A stretch of 64,000 nucleotides of DNA from Zancudomyces culisetae HAW-14-8 (lineage: Eukaryota; Fungi; Kickxellomycota): the NCBI GenBank assembly GCA_052426225.1, contig JBNJNM010000013.1, positions 372,001-436,000 on the forward strand. Direction: 5' to 3'. Positions 11,812-24,009 of the stretch are shown piece after piece. Position 1 is the first letter of the stretch, and the number at the start of each line of letters is the position of its first letter. The translations under genes were made by a program, and so were the position numbers. The notes beneath the pieces are model-generated. The model saw only the letters and a list, made by a program, of their open reading frames with translations, did not search any database and was not told the DNA's origin.

Positions 11812-13210
11812 TTATTTGTTTCTAGTTACTTCAGGTAAAGGAGAATCGCCTTTACCAAACGTTGTCCAGGTAGTTATATTTTCTGTAGGGCCGAGTGATG
11901 GCCAGCTTATGGGATCAACTATATAATACAGATTTGGATAGAATAAATAAATATTTTTTCAGCTAAATTGAAATGTAAGTAAAGCGGTTTTAAGTGAATA
12001 CCTTTTTTGAGGTACAGATCAACTTTTGTGCTAAAGAATTTAAATGAACTCTCTTCCGGGTTGATATTCTATTGATATAAAGTGTATATAAATGCGCAAC
12101 TATGTATATGTATATATATATATACAGGTAAAGTATAAATGTAAATTTTGTAAATGATCTGGCTTACGCTAAAAAGAGCAATCCTGTCAGCATAAACTTT
12201 GTTACCAGGCATCATAAGACGAACCTTAAGCTAGGTTTATTAAATCCAATGTATTCAGTACAAATATAAATATTGAATAATGGGCTAGTGTATTTACACT
12301 TTTATGGAAATTCAAAAAATAAAATAAAACACTCTTTACCTCCCTTTCTAGAAATTGAATTTCGCTTAAACTGGAATCGACATTTTTACCAAATATCGAA
12401 AGAATTATGGTATCAGGAGTCTGGTAAAAATCGGTTCTACACTGTACCGCATCTTCCTATTAAAAGTTGCATGTATAGTAGCGTATAGATTTTTTTAAAA
12501 TAACTATAATAGCGGACTGGTTAATGTACACTACCGATTATGTGTAATCCTGTTACCTTTTTGATTGGGTTTGTGAACAGATGTTTACCCCTAGAACATC
12601 CTGCTATCTTTAGGAAATCATCAAAATCCAAAACCTTTGGCTTACAACACGACCAGCCTTTGGATCCCTCATGAAATACTGGCACCCCACTATGATAAAT
12701 ACAAATAGAATCCTGTGAACTTGGATCTCGAGAAGTGTTGTTGTCAATAAAACTCTTCCCACAACCTTTGCGTCTACAACATGTTCCTGGTGCTATTTCT
12801 GCATCTTCGGGATCCTCTTGAAGCACAGGCGTTTTCTCCACCTTTTCGCCATCATCCACTTTAATATTGGTGAATTCTTTAGACAAATCCGAAGTTTTGT
12901 AAGACTCATCTTTCTTGTTTATTTTTCTTTTGTCCGATTCTTTCATTACTTGAATTTCATCATGTTTTTCTGGAGTTTCGAGTTTTACCTTAGATCCTTT
13001 TGTATTTTCGGGTTCGATTTCGTGGAATCCCAGTGTACATCCAGGCTCGGCCATGAATTCCTCAAATGAAGCTCGTTTTTTATTGCAGCAACTCCAGCTT
13101 TTGAATCCTTCATGGAATACGGGAGTTCCTGGATGGTATTGACAGGCGGTTGCATTATTTTCTTCAGCTGAAAATTCCCTTTTACAGCCCGAATGTGCAC
13201 AAGTTGGCAT
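11812..13210 (-). CDS. CHORDC1: CHORD-CHORD-CS Hsp90 co-chaperone; exons about 13210-12557, 12456-12340, 12230-12168, 12068-12002, 11918-11812
   Basis: Two CHORD motifs (C..SGC...CQYHPGTPVFHEGFKSWSCC; CRRKGC...CIYHSGVPVFHEGSKGWSCC). Spliced CS domain CRTDFYQT...NINPEESSFKFFSTKVDLYLKK..DPISWPSL. Confidence 0.93.
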
Positions 13211-13788
13211 TCTCCTTATTTTTTGTCTATCTTTAGGTTATTTCCGTATGTTAGATGTTCTTTGTCAAAAATAAATCCTCGAGTAAAATAGTTGCACTAA
13301 AAAAAGTATATCAAAACTGGAATTTCTAGGCTCATAGGAAGAGAACAAAAAAAATTCCGCAAATTATGGAGATAAATGATATAGTGGCTGATTGTGAAAT
13401 TAAGCACTGTGCCTGTAAGGTCCAACCGAACGGGGGGGGCGGAGGTAAAAGTCTTATTTATCTGGAAACCATCCCCAAATTATGATATGGATAGGAGAAT
13501 ACGATTAGCTTGGGGGTATACATCAGTTTATACATGAAAGAGTTGAAATGAGCAATATGAAAATAGAATACGTTCTACAGAGAGTTCAATAAGTTTCTCG
13601 GAGCACAAAAAGTAGATACTGTAGATACACACAAAAAAAAGTAGAAATCAAGTAGAGTTTCACTATATAAAAAAAAAGGGATACACAGAATGTTCTAATG
13701 TCTAAAGGTAAGCCAGAACCCAAGGCAAATGTCAAGGAGGTGTGAAAAGTATTACTTTTGTTTTAGGAGAAGTGCGAGGTGTGACGGA

Positions 13789-15418
13789 TTACTGTTTTCC
13801 AATAGTATATACGATCAACTGGTCGAACTCTTTAATCAAAAACTCAGCCAAATCTCTATCATATTTAATCGCTTTTGATATTGTGAAGCAACTACCCAAT
13901 CGAGTGCATTGGGAATAGTATTTGAGTTTGCTATTTTCATCAACATCTTCAGCCACAGCAACCTTATATGCAGAGTATGCACCATTTAATGGATCTATAG
14001 TTAATCTTGAAATTCCAAAAACCAGTCTCAGCTATGAAATAATTACAAGTTAATGTTAATCTACCTTATATCAAAGTGTGCTCAGGTATAAAGCATATTA
14101 CAATTTGAAATATAAAATAAAGTGATATATACCAATACAAACAAAGCGTAGACCAGGTAATATACACCATTCCCAAGAATGGAAAGAATATTGGACGAAA
14201 CGTTTCCTGGTTCAATAACTAAGGATCTGATGTTTAGCGGTTTAAGGATCGTCGAATCTAGCATCACGCTTATTTGATCGGTCACATATTTAGACGATTC
14301 ATACGGCTTTTCCCTGTTAATTCAAAATAAGTCGAAATTAAATTAACTCGATTATTCAGTAATAGAAATTAACAGCAACTAAAACAAAATAAATATAAAT
14401 AGGCGTGGTTTAAGCAAAGTAAAAAAGTGTTTACCCTCGTAAATGCTGATAATCGTTTTTATCAAAATCTAGGTTGGATGCGGCCGAACCTGTCCAGATA
14501 ACTCTTTTTACAGAGGGTGCTTTTCCAATAACTGTCATTAACCGTTTGATCTAAATATGTGTGAATTAATATAGCTTACTTTTATACTATTTTCACAACT
14601 GTTTAGACTAGTATAGTGAATCAGTTTAGAATAAAGAAAATAATAATTAAGGCAGGTAAGAATGCTAAATAAAACAAACGTAAAGCTTACCAATAAGTAA
14701 TGACCAAAAAAGTTTGTAGCAAAGGTTAGGCCGAGTCCTTCCCTAGTTAATGTTCTCGATTCTTGCACCAATGCTTCTGATGACTCTAAAAATATCATCG
14801 GTTGGATAAACAGTCCCTTAATAATCTTTTTCCAGTTTAATCCCTTTGCGGGTAATACTCCTGCATTACAAAATAAAAGGTTCACATATTCGTATCTAAA
14901 TGATAAGTATGATCATGATAAATTACTTTCGAGTAAATATATAAGATATAGATGATTGAAAGGGTTAATAAGCTCAAGATGACTATAAAACAAAAAAGAG
15001 ATAATTACTTTTGTGAGATTTCAAATGAAGCAGAAAGCACAGATGAGGTATCACTTGTGTCTAGTTCTATCAGATCGACTGTAATATTCTTGTTACCAAA
15101 CAGGCCAAGAAGTTTGTTTTTGGCTCTTTCGGCTCTATTAATGTTTCTACATGCAAGAACAAGTACAAGCTCATCATACTCAATTTCAGGTTCAAAATCG
15201 ATTCTGCAAGTTGAATGAGATTTTATGTGCGATCTAGTTTCAACATTGCTTGTGGAATTGTAAGCCGAGACTCTTTGCGCAAGTCTCTGGGCAATTGCAA
15301 ATCCGATACCGCTATTTTAAATATGTACATTAGTTATTGTTTTACTAAATAAACACAAAAATATAAATAAATACCTATTTCCACCGGTTATCACAGCTAC
15401 TAATTTCTTTAATCTCAT
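13789..15418 (-). CDS. ERG27: 3-keto-sterol reductase (SDR family, ERG27/HSD17B7), multi-exon
   Basis: Spliced N-terminus MRLKKLVAVITGGN|SGIGFAIAQRL, LVLACRN, LFCNAGVLP, GLGLTFATNFFGHYLL, IWTGSAA, and a YESSK catalytic YxxxK. Terminal exon ends ...IGKQ* at 13789. Confidence 0.88.
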
Positions 15419-17452
15419 TCTCTTATTGTCGTATTAAGCTTTTTTTTTTTGCTTTATTTGGGCTTTTATTTCTAAATGCTAAATTAAAGCATTTAAAATT
15501 TCCAAACAAAAAATTATATAATTGTAGCTAATAAATAGATCAAATAAAAATGGCGATCAAACGATCCAATGTTCTTGTAGCATTTCACTATCCTAAACAT
15601 TGATGGGTTTTAATGTTTTAGTTTGGTTGAGTATATGAAAACTAATAACTGTTGGACAAAGTAGAAAAATACGCTTAATGTGTGTATGCAATCAAAATCT
15701 ACCTTGGAAATAAGCAATCAAATTGTAGAAAAAGTATGTAAAGCAATTTGATTGCTTAAATTTTTTAATAATTTTTAATGGTAAATCTTTTGAATCCAAG
15801 TAAATAGAGAACATGGGACCTATTTTGATATTTTCCACCACCATATATGAGTATCATTTATGCCTTACTTTGCTTTCACTTTACACGCATTATGCTTTTT
15901 TGAGCAGATACTGAGTGAGTGGGTGTGAAACTCGTGTATTTATCCATCATGTAGAGTTATTATTAGTTTCTCAAGTTAAATCAACTATTAAATGGCAATG
16001 GTTATACTCATTTGTAGGCGGTGTGGTATATATAAGATTGAAGATTTTTATAGTATGATAGGATAAAATGGAATTTAATCTATAAAAGAATTGTAGTTTT
16101 CAATATAAAAATACGAGTATACTACATCAAAATGAGAAATATACTGAGTTAGTAATTTTAAACTCGCAGTTAAACACTAGTGAATCAAAAACTGCGTTCT
16201 CTAGGGACAAATCCCTCAACCATTTATCATTATACCATGATATTTAGATATTGATATTGATATTGATATTGAGGGAATAATATCGTTTGCAGTTTTGAAA
16301 AGACATATACAGTACTTTATGCATCTAGTACAAAGTTTTGCATAATAATTTTTTGTGTGTGTATGAGTCTAGTTTATTTCAAATATTCATTACTACGTAT
16401 TCAGTTAATATGATATGATGAAAGAAAGATGCAATTTACGCACATCAAGAATAAATTATCCTCTGCTCAGGGCATCGAGCCCATAAAAATATATAATCTT
16501 CATTTAAGTGCTTACCATTTTATTCAAAATGCGAAGCCAACCAAGTTTGTGTGACCCTGCATTAAACTCCTCCCAATGCATTGCTTGAAAAGGCTAAGCA
16601 CTAATATCTACCTTGAATAGTCGCTAGTGGTTAACACTCAGCCATCGTGCTTGAAATTGTGGCTAATAACCCCATTCATCAGTCGAATAACGCTAAAAAA
16701 GCGTTGATGGGCGTAAATAGCGAGAAAGATTAATTGGTTTGCTGTTAGTTGGTAGCACATTATATTAAATCCTTTTAACCTGGGCAAGTAGAACTCGCAG
16801 AAAATAGGCTAAACCCACCACTGTCCATTTTGTGACGCCTTTTTTTGATCTGAAAAAATTACAAATCGAAGAGGAATGTATAGGAGGGTAAGGCCGAAAA
16901 TCATTTTCCAAGCCTGCCATAAAATCCTCTTGCATGAAATGTGCTTCTTTTTTTCACCTTTTATGCACGAAGAGTTTATACATCTACATAACCGTGAAAA
17001 GAGCCATTTAATCTCAACAAAAAAAGATTATCAAAATGTTACTCAGTTTAAAGATAGGTAGATTATTTTATACCTCCTTCTGGAAGTCCCCACTATGGTT
17101 TTAAAAAAATACTACATTTAATTAACAAAGGCGGATATGCAAACTTTAATGAATATGAAAACTATGCAAACCACAATGTGAGATTTTATCCAATTCGATC
17201 AGTAAAAAAGTTTCAGCAATCTATTTTTTAAGCAGAAATACTAGTGATTCTACATGGACATTAAAAGTGCACTGCTAAAACTCAACCAAATAGATATAAT
17301 GTAGAGTCCTGCATAAAATTATGTAGAGCCATAGTCCGAGATTCGCTATTCCACATCCTTGATGTGTTTTGTTTTCGAACTATGGTATATTTTAGAGAGT
17401 AAATGTGGGAGTTCTGTTGTTGTGTATATTATATATGGCAACCAAAAAAAAG

Positions 17453-17460
17453 TATATAAA
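17453..17460 (+). promoter_or_regulatory. TATA box of the LPMO gene
   Basis: TATATAAA about 170 nt upstream of the ATG at 17631. Confidence 0.5.
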
Positions 17461-17630
17461 CCCAGAGTTCCCAGTTCAATATTATCTCAAGTACTTTATC
17501 AATTGCATTCATACTTTGCATATCATAGTAGCAATCTTAAAATATAATTTTCAAAGCTGAAACTGCAGGTAAAATACCTCGACTGACAATAAAAAAACAA
17601 CAGTAACAGCATCTAGTAACAACACACAAA

Positions 17631-18458
17631 ATGTTTTCAAACCTCAATCTTGGTGTACTCGTAACCCTGTTTGCAACAAGTGTATATTCTCACATGGCTA
17701 TGGTTCAACCATGTCCAAGATTATCACCAAATAATCCACTGTGCCCAGCTGGTGATCCAGTAGATTATAACATTAAAAGTCCAATTGGCACTTCATCCGC
17801 AGCCAGTCAGCCACTATGTAAAACTGACAGAAAATCATCAAGAGTTGTTGATACATGGACAGCTGGAAACACAGTAACAGTCAAGTTCCGACCAGATGGC
17901 GCTGCTCATAGTGGTGGACATTGTCAGTTTGCTCTGTCGTATGATGGCGGAAAGACATTTGTAGTAATCAAGGATGTACTCAAATACTGCTTCTTTAATG
18001 GCCAGAAATATGGAAATACTGCAGAAGTATTATCATATGATATTCAATTGCCATCTAATCTACCATCAAGTAACAGTGCAGTATTTGCGTGGACATGGAT
18101 AAATGCTAGTGGAAATCGAGAATACTACATGAATTGTGCAGATGTTGCTATCAAGGGAGTGAATGGTGGTAGTTATACAGGAAAGAAGTTGTTGATAGCT
18201 AATTATGGACCAGGAACACCAGTAGTTGCAGAATTCAATGGAAACTACGAAAGTGGTATTAGTTTGTTGAATTCAAGACCAAATATTACTGTTAATGGCA
18301 GTGGAGGATCATCACCAGCCGCAGGTGGTGGTACCCCAGCATCTTCAAGCAGCAGTATAGCTATGAGGGCTACTACTACCACACCAGTATCTCCAAGTAA
18401 ACCAACCACAAGTTCAGCAGTTCAGGCATCTGGGTGTTGCACTTGCCCATGCAAGTAA
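17631..18458 (+). CDS. Secreted AA11-type lytic polysaccharide (chitin) monooxygenase with Ser/Thr linker and Cys-rich tail
   Basis: 20-aa signal peptide followed directly by His (His1 of the histidine brace). AAHSGGHCQFALSYD supplies the second His, and FAWTW.N..GNREYYMNCADV the axial Tyr. These motifs are typical of AA11. Confidence 0.85.
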   Translation: MFSNLNLGVLVTLFATSVYSHMAMVQPCPRLSPNNPLCPAGDPVDYNIKSPIGTSSAASQPLCKTDRKSSRVVDTWTAGNTVTVKFRPDGAAHSGGHCQFALSYDGGKTFVVIKDVLKYCFFNGQKYGNTAEVLSYDIQLPSNLPSSNSAVFAWTWINASGNREYYMNCADVAIKGVNGGSYTGKKLLIANYGPGTPVVAEFNGNYESGISLLNSRPNITVNGSGGSSPAAGGGTPASSSSSIAMRATTTTPVSPSKPTTSSAVQASGCCTCPCK

Positions 18459-20309
18459 AGTCGATTAATTAATTTGTTAGTTATTAGCTTCATCTTCTTA
18501 TCCTTTAACCTCCATTTTAAAATCGCTACTTTAATCAATATCATAATTTCAATAAATCAATTCAAACAATCGTTGAGTTATTGCACTATCCAAGTAAAAA
18601 ATGATAGTAAAAAAAAACCAGGATTACTAGGTGAATACTGGAATATCGCAATAAATTTCTGGCTTTATTGAGATTTCTGTAGACCGCCCTTTGATAAGAA
18701 ATGTGTACGAAAACCCAATATAAACGCATAAATAATATTTTTTGTTTTCTGGTATTCCAAGGCACCTAAGAGATAGATACATGCAGTTCAAAGTATCATA
18801 TCACAAAAAACGCGAATTATCCAAATAACGACTAATGGGCAAACCAAACACTAGGTTTTTCTCTTCAAAAAATACTACCCATAACTGGAAGAAGCCGAAC
18901 GAAAAGCGTTGATACCGCATACAGTTCAAGCGGTGAGGGTTTTACTAGTGATATTTCCAAACCAAATATAGCATTATCCAATGCATTTAATAATAGTGAC
19001 TGTTCGAGTGTAATGGAAAGCGATGCTGGTGTGTTCCAATCGTCATACTATTCTAATTCTGAGAGCGATACACGTGTGAGGAGTGGATACAATAATAATA
19101 GAATTGCAAACATGACATAATTTTGAAACCCAAAATGGGAGCAGTGGTAGTAGTTGTGGTGATGAAAGCGATGGAATAAAAAAGTAGGAAATAAACATAG
19201 TTCGAAATGACTTATTTTTTAAAATCAACAAACTTGACTGAATGTTCAATCAGTGACAGGAATATACACTTTTTCATTTAGTTTTTATTCTATTCACTAC
19301 TCTATTATTCTATTGTCTATGCTTTTTTAACTGGTATTGGAGGTTTTGATGTATAAAAACATGTTTTGGTACTAGTAAAAGAATATTATAAGAACTTCAA
19401 GTGTTGTATAACTTGTGTGTTAATATGTAAAAGGTTTACTTTATTAAATATCTGAATGTGCTTTATTAATTACCACAATATTCTAAACCCAATTGTTCCA
19501 AATCTACTACTTTAGTTTGTACCAGTTTGTAAGCTCTGTTCAAAAAGTTTAGAATAATATTTATTATTTAATGTTTGGTTTAATAAATATAATTCAGTTT
19601 TTTATAAATATTAATGCTTTATAAATAAAGTGTAAAGACTTTGAAAAACAAAAAGCTCTGAGCTTCCTGTTCTAAAAGCTATCTATCCCTACATAAATGT
19701 AGTAAAAACCCAATTCAAAGTGATAAAAAATTTAGATGAAACAGAGAGAAGTGAAACTATAAAATCATATCCACCACTACCATCTTAAATCCTACTAAAT
19801 CTGTAGTAATGACGCCTGTTTTACTTTGAAGAAATCCAATACACTGTTTTAGCATTTTTAGGGTACATATTAACCTCTCTAGCACAATTTTTGTCTCTAC
19901 ACGGCTAGATAAAAATAAGAAAATAGCAAGTAATAACTCATGCTTAATCAGTTGAGTTGAAGGAAGCGAGATACAGGAATACTATGTATTTCTTTGAAAA
20001 CATGGTTGTTTCAATATGTCTATTCAACAAATTGATGCTCAATAAATAGCAGGTTCGCTAAATTGGAATGAGTTGAAAAGCATATTAAAGTATCGTTGTC
20101 CAGAATTTGAAAAAAAGCGTGTTGTAAACAATATGCAACGTATGTACAGTTATATTTCGCAATACTCATAGCTAATAGGGAGCTGATACCTCGCTTTTGA
20201 ACCACGGACCGACAAAAATAAATAAACATTAGCTAAGATATATAACCGCGTTCGAGATAAACTGAGAGTAAATATATTCGACAACAAATAAAACATTATA
20301 AAAATTTAA

Positions 20310-20700
20310 AAAATACATACTACCAGGGTTGTGTGGAATAAACTCAGAATACTCACATAAGAGTCCTTAGAATGTTTGATAACATACTTTAAATTTAATT
20401 TCATAGATAGAAACGAGACAGAAAAGGAGAAAATACGATTCAAATTCAAACCATTATGGTCTCACATAATTGTATCACATAATGTTTAGTACAACTCTCC
20501 GCTGATCATTAACATCAGAGGTCACGAAAGTTTAACTAAGAATAATTTAATATACTAAATACAATTCAGAACCTTAATAGCAATACTAACACGATGGAAC
20601 CTGTACGGAAATACACCTCGAAACTTTACTCTGTAATTAATAAGAATATCCTTTTTTCAGTATGGCTACCCATCCTTCATTTTCAATAGAATGCATCAAA
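20310..20700 (+). mobile_element. Possible highly decayed LTR-retrotransposon (Ty3/Gypsy) integrase fragment
   Basis: Broken translation (VWNKLR...KPLWSHIIV...LIAILTRW... [frameshift] NILFQYGYPSFI) echoes the order of rve integrase motifs. Many stops and frameshifts; recognised by eye only. Confidence 0.25.
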
Positions 20701-21665
20701 GTTTGAATCAGATGAAATATAAAATTGAAAAAAATAAAAATTTAACCAAGAACACGAAATTAATTATAATAACTGTTAATACTGCTAATGTAATGTTAGA
20801 ACGTTTGGTAAATATGAGCATTATCACTTCCAAACAACTGAAGGGGGATTCTAGTCCATCTAAACATTAAAATAGTTATTTTAATTATTTTGGTTATTTT
20901 CACTATTTTATGTTGTCCTATAGTTAAAATGTACTTTAGTCTAACTCTTTAATACATAACAATAATCAAATACGTATTATCTTCACTGGTAATATTTAAA
21001 GCCCGTGGTTCATTTAGAACCGGAAAATGACTTACTAAAAATATTTTTGTTCCTCAAATGAGTACAGCTTATTGCGCCAATAATCACTCACTCGTGTTCT
21101 TTTACTTGTTAATTGCAAATGGTTAGTAACCTTTTATCCAACTGCAAAATCTGGATTCCCGTATTATTAATGCATACTGATTAAGTGCTAGCTAGAACCA
21201 AAGCTTTTGAGCGCTCCAAAAATTATTGATCAGCCATTATAGCTCGTAGATTGGTTGCTAGAGGATTGTTAAAAATGTATAAGAGGAGGATTATACTTGT
21301 AATATAGGCAAACTTCTAGAGGTGAAAATTAACCAAGGCTAGGGCTACTTCATTGCAAAAGAACACCACACACTATTTTTATTTTTACTTATCTGATCTA
21401 GTACTATAAATGTAGAACAAAAAAAGAATAACTCACTTGCATGAATTACTTTTATGAATATCAATAGTGATATACAATTCTGAGTCTAGGACTTGAAAAC
21501 CACATTTACTTTTGGGTTGTATTTTTTAACCTAGGATTAATGCAGTAACTTGTAGCTATGATTCGATATTCTAGTCTTGTGTAGGTATAATAAATAAAAA
21601 GTTTGTTTTAACATTGAGACAATAAGCATTGGTATTTTGCATTAGTTTTGATTTGAAAAAGAAAG

Positions 21666-21673
21666 TATAAAAG
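21666..21673 (+). promoter_or_regulatory. TATA box of the secreted Arg/Pro-rich protein gene
   Basis: TATAAAAG about 110 nt upstream of the ATG at 21783. Confidence 0.5.
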
Positions 21674-21782
21674 AGGTTACAATTTCCTCCAAGTAGTTAA
21701 AAACGTATCTCAAGTAGAACAAAAATAGACATACTAGACAAAAAAACAAAAAAACCAAGAAACCAAAAGTTAACCAAGAAAA

Positions 21783-22439
21783 ATGAAATTCTCCGTATTC
21801 AGCATGTTGTGTGTGAGCATTGGTATGGCCAGTGTGTACGGCACCTCAGACTCAGCTCAGGTTTCCGAAACTAAACAAATAGAAGTCAGCTCCGCTCCTG
21901 CTGCTGCCCCTACTCCTATCGCTCCTCCTGCTCCTGCCCCTGTTACTGCTGCTGTCGCTCCTCCTCCTCCTTCTGCCCCTGTTGCTGCTTCTGCTCCCGC
22001 CTCCGCCCCCAGCTCTAGTTCTGCTCCTCGTGCTATCCGTCGCCCTCCTGTCCGCCGTCCTGCTGTTCGCTGCCGTCCTATTTGCCGCCGTCCTGTTGTT
22101 CGCTACCATCATATTTGCTACCGTCCTGTTGTTCGCCGCCGTCCCATTCGCCGCCGTCCTATGCCAAAAATGAAGCTTCAGCACTTCAGCAAAGTTAATT
22201 ACAAAGGAACAAGCAAAGTCAAATTTCTATCACTTAATTTCTGCTATAACATTCCAGCCACTGGAAGTGCAAAGTTTGACAACGGTAAAAAAGGAAGAGG
22301 AAGAGTCACAATTTGTGCAAAACCAAACTGTGTAGGGCGCTGTTTTATTGCATCTAGAAGGTCCCTAACATCTTCAAAGAATATCCCAGGTCTTGGTATT
22401 GGTGGAGCCGCAAGATCAATAAAATTCTCTCTCTTTTAG
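21783..22439 (+). CDS. Secreted protein: Pro/Ala stalk, Arg/Pro-rich repeats, C-terminal beta/gamma-crystallin-like domain
   Basis: Signal peptide MKFSVFSMLCVSIGMASVYG and an AAAATG context. GC-rich coding signal in AT-rich surroundings. C-terminus FSKVNYKG...CYNI...S...CAKPNCVG.C...ARSIKF resembles Greek-key crystallin-like motifs (domain call by eye). Confidence 0.8.
   Translation: MKFSVFSMLCVSIGMASVYGTSDSAQVSETKQIEVSSAPAAAPTPIAPPAPAPVTAAVAPPPPSAPVAASAPASAPSSSSAPRAIRRPPVRRPAVRCRPICRRPVVRYHHICYRPVVRRRPIRRRPMPKMKLQHFSKVNYKGTSKVKFLSLNFCYNIPATGSAKFDNGKKGRGRVTICAKPNCVGRCFIASRRSLTSSKNIPGLGIGGAARSIKFSLF
22053..22151 (+). repeat. Three 33-nt tandem units encoding RRPAVRCRPIC / RRPVVRYHHIC / YRPVVRRRPIR
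   Basis: Direct codon alignment of the three units. Confidence 0.85.
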
Positions 22440-24009
22440 AAACCTTTCTTTTAAATTGCTAGAATAGATTTTTTTATATATTTTTTCATTGGATTCGACA
22501 CTTGCACTATAGATACAGCTCGTTTGCATGATAAATTTAAAAATAAACTGCTGCAATGTTAAAAACCCGCAAATATACAGCTGTGTATTTTACACACTCC
22601 TTGTGCTTTAGAGGTTTTGGTAGTATCCATCACTGATGAGGATGCGTGATAGATAATGGCTGTCTATATGAATTTTTACAAACATGCGAAATATACATAA
22701 TTGGTATATCTTTGATTTCCTACACAAGCTATTTTGCTATCATAATGTTTATAGCCTGTCCCAAAACAATAGGACAGATGGTTCAAACGTGCGAGTCCCC
22801 AATGTCTAGTGGAGGTTCTGTCAAGCACTTTCAACGGTGGGAGGATATTGGTGTAATTATCAAGGTTAAACTATTCTAGTTTTGAGATTGTATTTACTTT
22901 CAAATGTGTGGCCCTGGCCGCTGTATAAAAATAGTTAATCTTGTATTTTTTTAACAGCTAAAACTTACAAAATCATAATACTAGTAATACTAGTAATACT
23001 TGGGTTTGTATTATTTTTTGGATTTTTGATATGGATGTTTATTTTATTTAGATTAGATAATTTGATTATGTATATTTGAAGAGAAATGCTTTATTTAGAC
23101 CAGGGTGTGGTGTCTACATTGTCTTTTTATCATTTGCAAAGGAAAAAATAGGATATTTTAAGACTAGATGTTCTTTGTTTGGATATGCTAGCTTGAAAAT
23201 CAAAGCTACAAAACCAGCAACTTGATATTTTTTTAAATAAGGTTTTGTAATATGGTTATTTGTGCTGAGTGTACATGCTCACACAGTCACACACAATGTG
23301 ACTGGATATACGAAATACCTATTTTGTGACTATGAGTGTTGGATCCTATAACTTTGTAAAGTGAAGCAGTTTGTCTAAATAACTCTAGGAGATGATCAAG
23401 ATATTTTTATAGCTAAATGAATGCGCAGATACAATCAAAAATATATTTTTAATACATCACTCTGTAGTGTACAGTATGTGAATTAACGATTTATATAACC
23501 TTGAATCAAACCCCAATGCATATGGAGCCCCCAGAGGAACGGTGGGAGTTGGTTAGATGCATACTAATTAAGATTATTTTTTTGTAGCTTTATGTGATTT
23601 ACTTCATTAAATACACTATAATACATATATAAAGGGGAAAAATGTTTTAGCAGTTTGGTTTGAGTACTGGTACTGACCATAAAAATTAGGTGGTTATTTA
23701 ATGGAACGTGCCTAGGACGATCAGAGTAAAGAGAAGAAAAAAACATTTATTGATATATTTTTAGGTAATTTTTTAAAAGAAAATAATGTTACAATAGCTA
23801 AACAAGTGTGAGGTAAAGGAATAAAAATAAAATGTCTACTTGAAAGTTGAGTAATTAACAAAAGATGAATATATATAGAATCAAAAGCCCAACAACTCCT
23901 TCCCCCTCACCCTAAAGCAAGGAAAAAATGAGGAGGGTGTATAGGGGAAGTAGGGCCTTAAATACAAAAGGAGAAGGGAAATGGGGATGGGAATGCGGAT
24001 GGTCACAAA

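Noticed and set aside
16612-16690. tRNA-like D-arm (TAGTGGTTAACAC)
   Set aside because: No GTTCRA T-loop or acceptor stem, so not a tRNA.
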